Source of the DNA: Sphaeroforma arctica JP610
Taxonomy: Eukaryota
Direction: 5' to 3'
NCBI RefSeq assembly: GCF_001186125.1
Contig: NW_014040153.1
Span: 1 to 64,000 of the forward strand
DNA length: 64,000 bases
The position numbers and the translations under genes are program-made. Each line of letters starts with the position of its first letter. Position 1 is the first letter of the stretch. Below, one piece after another: positions 56,096-64,000 of the stretch. The notes under the pieces were generated by a model, which saw only the letters and a program-made list of their open reading frames with translations, made no database searches and was not told the origin of the DNA.

Positions 56096-56776
56096 CTGAC
56101 AAAATTGTTTCAATTTTCAATTTAAGAGCCTTCGGTTTTGTGATGATTTATTAAAGGGTTAAGAAGAGGGGGATCGTCTCGAGTATTAATTGTTGTCAAA
56201 AGATATCCTTTTCAAACTGGTCATTAGTTTTAATGTCTACATCGTAGCTCGCGTGGTCGGCATTACTTCTTTGTAGAAACATACCAGAATAGTGGATCAT
56301 AAATTCATTTTCTGGTTCTATCATTTTGTTGAACACCCGCGACATAACCGTGTTAACACAACGTCTCCAGATTATTGACAAGCTGTGGGTTTTCACGACC
56401 ACCACTCTATTTAATACCAGGTTTTAGGGGTTTAGGGTTTAGGGTTTAGGTACCTGACAAAATCGTTTAATTTTCAATTTAAGAGCTTTCAGCTTTGTAG
56501 TAATTTATCAAAGTGTTAAGAGAGGGATTGTCTCCGAGTATTAATTGTTGTCAAAGGATACCTTTTTCAGACTGGTCATAATAGTTTCAATTTCTAGCTC
56601 GTAGCTAGCGTGGTCGGTATTGCTTCTTTGTAGACACATACCAGAATAGTATATCATAAATTAATTTTCTGGTTCTATCGTTCTGTTGAACACCCGCGAC
56701 ATAACCGCGTGAACACAACGTCTCTAGATTATTGACGAGCTTTGGGTTTTCACGATCACCACACTATTTCATACCA
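56096..56776. repeat. Diverged ~323-bp direct duplication (56096-56419 and 56454-56776) separated by (TTTAGGG)n
   Basis: Both units start CTGACAAAAT and end ATACCA; the spacer is GGTTTTAGGGGTTTAGGGTTTAGGGTTTAGG. Confidence 0.85.
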
Positions 56777-57416
56777 TATGACAGAGCACCATCATCGGAA
56801 AGTCGTTTAAGTATCCTTTGTAGTGTACCATCTTAGACAGGTAAACGTGTCTTGTTCACTGGTCGCAAAAATATGAGATATTTGCAGTTGCTGTGCTCCT
56901 CCCTAATTTCCGGTATCACCCGTAAGCAATCTTGATCCGAATCGTCTTACTGCCATATGCATGATAATTTCTGAGACGCATTTCCATTAGACATTGTCTT
57001 ACACACGTTCGAAAAAATCTCTGGGCAAGCCTAATAGATTCCACTTGCCTCGGCTGCTCTCTCACATATTTCGCCTGTATCCGTTCATCCTTCCCGTTCA
57101 GCTCCTCAGCCATTCTTCCTTGGAAAGGCAACTTGGCACTTTTTGCTAATGGGGGACTGTCTCGATGCATTTCAATGCAATAATATTCAACATCACTCGC
57201 TGATTCCATCAGATCAGCCTCGAAACATAGTCCTATATTAGGCCCATGGTCGTCATCATAATCGCCGGCTGGTTTGCTTTCGCTGTCCAGATCATCTCCA
57301 GCTTCGGCTTTGATTTTTACCTTCTGATGTTGGCGATATCTCATCATCATTTCATCCACTTTATTTTGGAGTTGCTCTACATATTCTCAAAGGTGTCACC
57401 TTTGTATACGCTGGGT

Positions 57417-58689
57417 GCTTGAATGAGTTCAATGCGGGTCTCTTCACATTCCTCGAAGTATGTGTCACGTTCACGACGGATGCGGGCGAGGCTGTTTTGT
57501 AATGTGGTGTGTTCGGTGGTTGTGGTGGTATTGATGTCTTGTGTACGTGTAAGATTACGAGGAAGATTGTCACGTTCGAGGGCGATGTCATTGTAATTAG
57601 ATTGCGCCTGATTGCGTTCAGTGACGAGGGTAACTCGTTCGGAGTGAATGTGATCAAGTTCAGTGACAAGCTGGTCGCGTTCAGTGATGAGTGTGCCGCG
57701 TTCGTTGTGGATGCGATCGAGGTCATTAGCTAGAGAGTTGGGTTCGATGGTGTGTTGGTCGTGGTCAGCTCGAGCTAAATCGCGGGCAGTATTAGCGGTG
57801 TTACATTCGGTGAGGATTGTGTGGCGCTCGTGACGAAGGCGTACAATATCGGCGTTGAGAGCAGCAATGGAGTCAGAATGTTTGGCAGATGCATTGCGGA
57901 TGGTGTCGAGATCAGTAGATAAGTTGGCGCGGTCACGTCGAATACGGGCTTGTTGCGATCAGTGATAGCGGAAATGGCATCGAGTTCGGAGAATGCAGAG
58001 TGTGCACCTAAGTATATGGCGGTGTTGTTGATGTTAGGGTTGTCGTTGGTGTCAAGAATAGCAGATATAATGGTGCGGGTAAGCTGGATGTGATGATTGG
58101 CGTGGGAGATATTGGTGTATGGCTGGAGTGTTGAGAAGAAGTCACGTTCGAAACGTTGGGCGCCCTCAAAAGACGAAAAGGTAGTGATAGGGGTTTGGCC
58201 CGTGGGCGGAAGTTGACTCATGGTGATGTGTGAGAAGGAATTGGAGGAGCAGATATGGTGATATCAGAGGATCAAAGGTGGTGAGATCAGAGGTGGTGAG
58301 ATCAGAGGTGGTGAGATCAGAGGTGATGAGATCAGAGGTGGTGAGATCAGAGAGAAGGGGGGAATCAAAGGATCAGGGGTGGAAATCTAAGCGATGTACA
58401 TAGGGTATATAATAAAATATATTCGATATATCAGCTTATTCTGATAAACTGTAAAAACTGCAATAAAACTAAAAGAAACCTAAGTTCGTGTATTCCGACC
58501 ACAACCTGTTGGAACATGTATTTGCCTAACGAAGCAACTTTATTATCACTTCACATATTGGCTATATAGTATAACAATTACCATGTGCCTTTTTAAGATA
58601 TCATTACAACTACTCAGTCAAAATATAACCCGTAATTTATTTTGGGCTTGTAAAGTTTTGAGGGTGAGTCTTATAAATTCGTCTCAACA
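57417..58689 (-). mobile_element. Ty1/copia copy 2, truncated: 5' LTR (58507-58689), leader with 15-bp array, and the 5' part of gag
   Basis: Gag start MSQLPPTGQTPITTFSSFEGAQRFERDFF is identical to copy 1; LTR reads TGTTG...CAACA. Confidence 0.88.
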
Positions 58690-59212
58690 GTTGGGTGATC
58701 GGCCTTAATTTTACCTATTTCGTTATCTGACTGTGAAGTCGTTCGACTGAGCAAAGCGTAAACCGCATTCTCTGTGTCAATCGCATGCGACACCTTCATT
58801 TGTTGAACGTTTCGCAGGACGCTATTGATTAGCCTGCTATGTCGTTTTTGGCCCGCAGCAACTTGACGTCCGCCTAACTCCGTGCCCGAGTCTGGAGTGT
58901 CAATTCCGTACTTACCCGTCGTAGCACTAGTTTCACCTTCCACCTTCTCCAGGGAGCTTTTCAGCATCTTAAGACACATAAATGATTCGCCTCTATACGC
59001 TCTTGTAACGGTGTAGCCTTTGCCCTCTTTGGCACAGTCAATGTCGTAGTTGCAAATTCTTTTGCCTTCATAGTAAATGAAAGTACCTTTCATACTTCCT
59101 TCGTACAAGGGAAGGCTTTGTTCCTTTTTTTAAATTAACCCTGTAGATATCATTTTGGTCATGTGCTTTACCCTAATCAGTTGTATCCATATTGGATAAA
59201 CCAGGTTCAAAA

Positions 59213-61776
59213 TGTTGTCTCTAACAAAACCCTAATATTAAATAAACCGTAATATTAATTAAAAACTCTACTCGGGAACTTCCTGACTATAACACCCCCC
59301 CCCCCCCCAAGCTGAAGCGCTATAAGTGTACCCAATTCGAGAAATTGAAGGAATGTCCTGAAAAGGTGGTGTGCTAGCATTTAACCACAGAATCCCAGAG
59401 AGCTAAGGAATCGTTTATTTGTTCACCACACGGGCAGGTGACTAGAAGCAAGTAAAAGAAAATATGTATCTATAACGTATATAATAAGTTATATCTGGTC
59501 ACGACGGCGTTTACGTACGCGTGTCGGTGTGTCCGTCGAATGCCCAAGCAGTTTCTCATGTCGACACCCCCTCAAGCCAGCGTATAATGTATTCGAGTTT
59601 ACCCGTGTCGTCATTCGTCCTGTGTTTGATAACATGACGGAATGCGGAGCCCCCTTCTTGTCAGAGATGCCCATATCTATGTGTATGGTCATAGCTCTCA
59701 CCGTTACAGCTCGTAACACCATATGGACCAATAACGGTGGCCGTCTCTCTGGTTTCACCATCACTACTTCGTCTGTATCGAAGTGCACCAGACCATGGGG
59801 GTGAAGACGATCGAATGTCTTCATTAGCTTGTATACGGCTTGGTAATCTTGTGCAACGTGGGTGGAGTTGTGTACTGTAACTGAGGTCAAGTCGTTGAGC
59901 CCAAATGTCATTGGTAACCAGTTATTGCTCAGGTACATCGTCGGTTCAATCAGCAAACGGAACATGTCGGCGGCCGAAATATACGCTAAACGGAGCGCTC
60001 TTATGTCGTCGTGAGATACGTAGATTCTGGTGAGTATCGTAAAGAGTAGGCGTTTGTCCCAGGCCTGGAGTATCGCCTCGCAGTAGAAACGTATCGACCG
60101 TGTTATCTATTTGTACCGACGTTCAGTAGCGCCGAGAACTTGGGTTCGATAAAGTGGTGAGGCTTTATAAAGTATCCCAACCACTTTGACAAGTGGGGCC
60201 ACCAGTTGGTGAATGCTAGTCCTATATCCGTTTGCAGTCTGTGTAAGAAGCCATGTTCGCCAGATATCGCCTGTAACGTGCGAGCGGTCGTCTCCATGGA
60301 CATATCAGGTGTAGCACGTAAAACTGAGTACCCCGATGCAACGACTAACTCATGCAGAACAAATTTATCCTGTTGGATAGATGTTACCGGCATCGAAATG
60401 CAGTCGACCTGGAGATGTGATCCCAGAGGTACTGGGCGTCGAAGCTGATCACAGGATGAAACCTCTCGTCCGAAGAGTATTGTCCCAAGCGCTGCCAGCA
60501 TTGTCCTTTGATTTATGTAGCCAACTCAAATGCCCCGGGCCAGACATGTCCGTTCTATTGCAACTGTTGGCCTGTGTCCTATTCATGGTGTGCTTGTGTG
60601 AGCTGTGTTCGGCGCTGGTGTTCCGCTGGTGTTCCGTTAATAAAGGCCGGTTGTGCAACGTCGCTTGCTATCGCCACCGAAATCTCTCGTACGGCGTCCA
60701 TATATTGTTGGTATGGCATGCGACGAGGCTCTGCATATTCCAGACGTTGAGTAAAACTCTCCGTCAATCGGAAGACCGATGATGGTCCTACGTGTGCGAC
60801 TACTGTATGGCCCCATTGAATCTTGCCGCAAGGCTATTTTGCATATTTCAAGAAAGTGTGCGGGCTACGAGGCACCAACACTAGCTCTGCTTGTAGTATC
60901 GAAACCACGGTGCTCTTGAGGTCCACGGTAGGCACACCGTCGTAGTATTCCCGTCTGATATAATTTTCCGGAGCGTACGGTGTATCAATTTCCACGGTCG
61001 TTTATTCAACCGTCCACTAGGGCCCATTCATTATCAAACGCTTCTCTGTGAATGTTTTTTGGTCCAGAAGTGGACAAGCTGTGTATTATGTGGCGCTGCG
61101 AATACGTCTATATTATTATGGCCAAATATCCATTGTGCCTGTTCGAAGTGGCTTAGAAATAATTTTTAGCAACCTGCATAAAGGATTGCCGGTATATCTG
61201 TTTCAGCGGTGTTCATGTATCCGACTGAGCATGTCAGGTAGGGCGTTCTTCTCACCAAGAATATGTGAAATAGTGAAATTGAATGGCGCGATGATGTGAT
61301 GCCAATGCTGCATCATAGGGTTGAGCTTGAGCCGGCTGTTCATGTATACTAATGCCTTGTGATTGGTAAACATTATAAACCGCTGGCCGTGAAGGTATTC
61401 CCGGGAGTGTGTCCACCCATAGACTATTGCTAGAAGTTCCTTCATTGGTGTTGCGTAGTACCGGATTGAGCATCTTACTGAAGAACATGAGGTAGTGCTT
61501 CTTGCCTTCGACCCATTGGAATAATGCACCGTCTACCTCGTAATCTCTGGCGTCCGTTTCCAGGTTGAGTGGCATATCATCCACCGGAAAGTGGAGTGTT
61601 ACGGTATTGACGATAGCGTCTTCATTGCATTTCATGCGTCTGATCAACGCTGGACGCCGTGGGGAAAGCGGACGTTTGTTGGCATGCCGTTCGGCATCAA
61701 ACCTGCATCGTGAATCATCCAGGCACGGATGGAGCATGAATTCAAAGTGTGGATGGCCTAGATAGCCTAAAGACAT
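59213..61776 (-). mobile_element. Ty3/gypsy-type fragment G3: RT end - RNase H - MTase - integrase - PPT - putative short 3' LTR (59213-59294)
   Basis: LGYLGH; LETDARDY, KELLAIV, TNHKAL, NALPDMLSR; frameshifted IDVFAAPHN...PWKLIHRTLRKI; HLQVDCI...LQTD integrase core; G14 tract then TGTTA...CAACA. Confidence 0.8.
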
Positions 61777-64000
61777 GGGCGTGGGTCACAACAGTGTTAG
61801 GAAGCACTGGTCGAGCATGAAAAATCTCATCGTGGCGTGTGTGAAGCACAACGCTAAATTGAACATCAAGAAGTGTTGCTTTGGGATCTCAGATCGGCCG
61901 GTCATCGCGTTGGGGCGAGTGGTGGATGAGAACGGGTCGTACATTAGTGAGGATCGGATGGAATCCATCATGCGCATGCCGCCGCCCACGGATAAGGATC
62001 TCTTGGCCTAGTGGTATCACACGATTGGTTATTGGAGCCAATACATCCCTGACTACTCTAGGATCATGTCCCCTATCTCGAATCGGAAGAAAGAAGTACC
62101 CTTTATGTGGGATCGGACGCAGCAGGCAGTCTACGATCGGATTCGGGAGGAGGTGGCCAAGGAAGGGGTGTTGGTCGAGCCAGGATTCGAAGACAAACTG
62201 GAGATGTATTGCGATGCCTGTGACTCGGTAGGAGTAAGTGGGAGGTTGTTTGCTCGGCGCAAGGGTAAGCTATGCCGTGTGGGGTTCTGGTCTTCGAAGT
62301 TCAGCCCGGCGCAGTTGGGCTACCACATTACGGACAAGGAGGCTATAGCCATCGTGTATTGTCTTCATAAGTCCTGGAGGATTGTCAAGCGTTCGCGCCA
62401 CCCGCTGACGGTGTTCACGGGCCATGAGCCGTTGGTGCGTATGCTAGCGCAAGACCCCACGTCGTATGAGTCCACGGTTAGATATAGATATATGGCTAGA
62501 TACGCGCAGGTGCTGCGTGATTTCGACACTATCCTAAAGCATGTGCCGGGAGAATTGAATCCAGTGGCGGATGTGCAATCTCGGCTGGTATACCAAATTG
62601 ACCCAATCATGCGAGCGAGGCGTCTACCGGCGAAGGATAGAGCGCGTTGGGCTGAGCAAGCGGTGGTGAAGCCGGAGACAGAATCTTATGCAGTGAACAG
62701 GGCGCTCTTTGACAAGACCGGGGACAAGTTTGGTCCGTTTGACGCTGAAAGGTTCGCGCATCCAACGAATTATCGATGAAGCCGTACTACCAGCCTACCT
62801 TGGCTGGGGGTGTGTTTGCGTCGAGGACGTGGATGGGTCCACGTTAGTACTTTAACCCCAGGTGGTCAGACTTGGGCAAGGTTGTCACCAGGATTCGCAG
62901 GGACAAGGCTACGGTGACGATGGTCTGTCCGTATGCACCGGAGGCACGGTGGTTTATGGAAATGGTACCTCTGCTGTCAGCAGATCCTATGGTGATATAT
63001 CTCAAGTAGGGGATCTTCCTCCGACACGGGAATGAGCAGATGGATGCGTCAGGTTTTATTTCGCTGGTCTGCCATATGAGACATTACCGGGACCACAAGC
63101 TGCGTGGAGACTTCTGGGAGGAGTTGGAAGCTAAGCGGCCAGCTTGGGAGAAGCTGGCTGCTGCGGCAGTACTACGTGCGGAAGACGTAGTGTCCTGTAT
63201 GACACAGAGTGGTGTCGTAGGGGCGGTAGCGCATCCAAGTGGGAAATCGGTGCGTAGAGGAATGCCAGCGGAGGAGGCTGGTATTGAAACAACCCCATGT
63301 TAGTGCAGTGAATGCACTAATGTTTACCACTCAGTCTTTGCGGGCGGCTAAGGGTGTTCTGAATAAGTATCTGAAGCATGCGGAAGTATGGCTGGGAGGG
63401 GCATCTGCTAACCCTAGTGAGGGATCGCTGGGTGCGATGGCAGAAACTTGGCTGGAGTCAGCTGAGGTGAGCACGAGTGAGGGGTCGCTCGGTGCTATAT
63501 ACACTCGGAGTATGAGTGATAAGTCGCCGGTGCTTACGCGGCGTGCGCGCAAGGCAGCGGTGGTTGCGAACAGCCACCCGGTCTTGGAGGAAATGGACAT
63601 TGATAAATCACAGGGTGATACATCAGTGGAGGACCATCCGCGAGAGTGTGAGGAAGCACTCACCAAACAGCAGTTAGTCCAGTTAGAGCAGAATCCGGCG
63701 GATGGTGTGCCACTGGATGACGCGGAAGAGCCACCAGTGGATAAGCTGGGTGACAAGCTGTTGCGACAACGCTTGCGAAGCTTGAAGCGTTCTGTGTTTG
63801 GTGTGGAAGTGGGGGGGGTGATGTCTTCGAGCGTATCGTTAGGTACATGCCAGTGCCAAGAGGCTGGATGATCTGGTGCGCAGGCTATGGGGTTGGGCTG
63901 GCATGAAAAAGATGTATGATCATGTCCGGAAGAGCTGCAATGCGTGCCAGGCGTTCGCTGAGGAACTAGGCTTGGCGAAAGGCTTGCTGCTGCTGCCAGT
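61770..64000 (+). mobile_element. Ty3/gypsy-type fragment G2: RT C-terminal half - RNase H - MTase - spacer - integrase Zn finger; runs off the window
   Basis: KLNIKKCCFG; YCDACD, DKEAIAIV, TGHEPL, NPVADVQSR; FGPFDAERFAHPTN, YFNPRW, VCPYAPEARWF; DHVRKSCNACQ near 63920-63950. Confidence 0.8.

Overview
Eukaryotic genomic DNA with spliceosomal GT-AG introns, microsatellites and five N gaps (5206-5606, 9161-9180, 10980-11854, 20145-20211, 50460-50840). The gene style suggests a unicellular opisthokont, possibly an ichthyosporean, but that is only a guess. The left 37 kb holds three housekeeping genes: an intronless type II glutamine synthetase, a 7-exon NAD-dependent methylene-THF dehydrogenase (MTD1-like), and a ~21-exon NADH-glutamate synthase (GLT1-like). 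The spacers are repeat-rich and carry a strongly over-represented 11-mer, AGAAGGCTATG. The right 22 kb is a nest of decayed LTR retrotransposons: two copies of one Ty1/copia family and three distinct Ty3/gypsy-type elements. Main observation: all four pol regions visible (one copia, three gypsy) carry a DIRS/Dam-like DNA amino-methyltransferase domain (ID[M/V]FA..N ... NPPW-like ... W[F/L]). In the gypsy elements it lies between RNase H and a DDE-type integrase. In the copia it follows directly on the first (HH) half of the integrase zinc finger. All domain calls come from motif recognition by eye; no searches were run.
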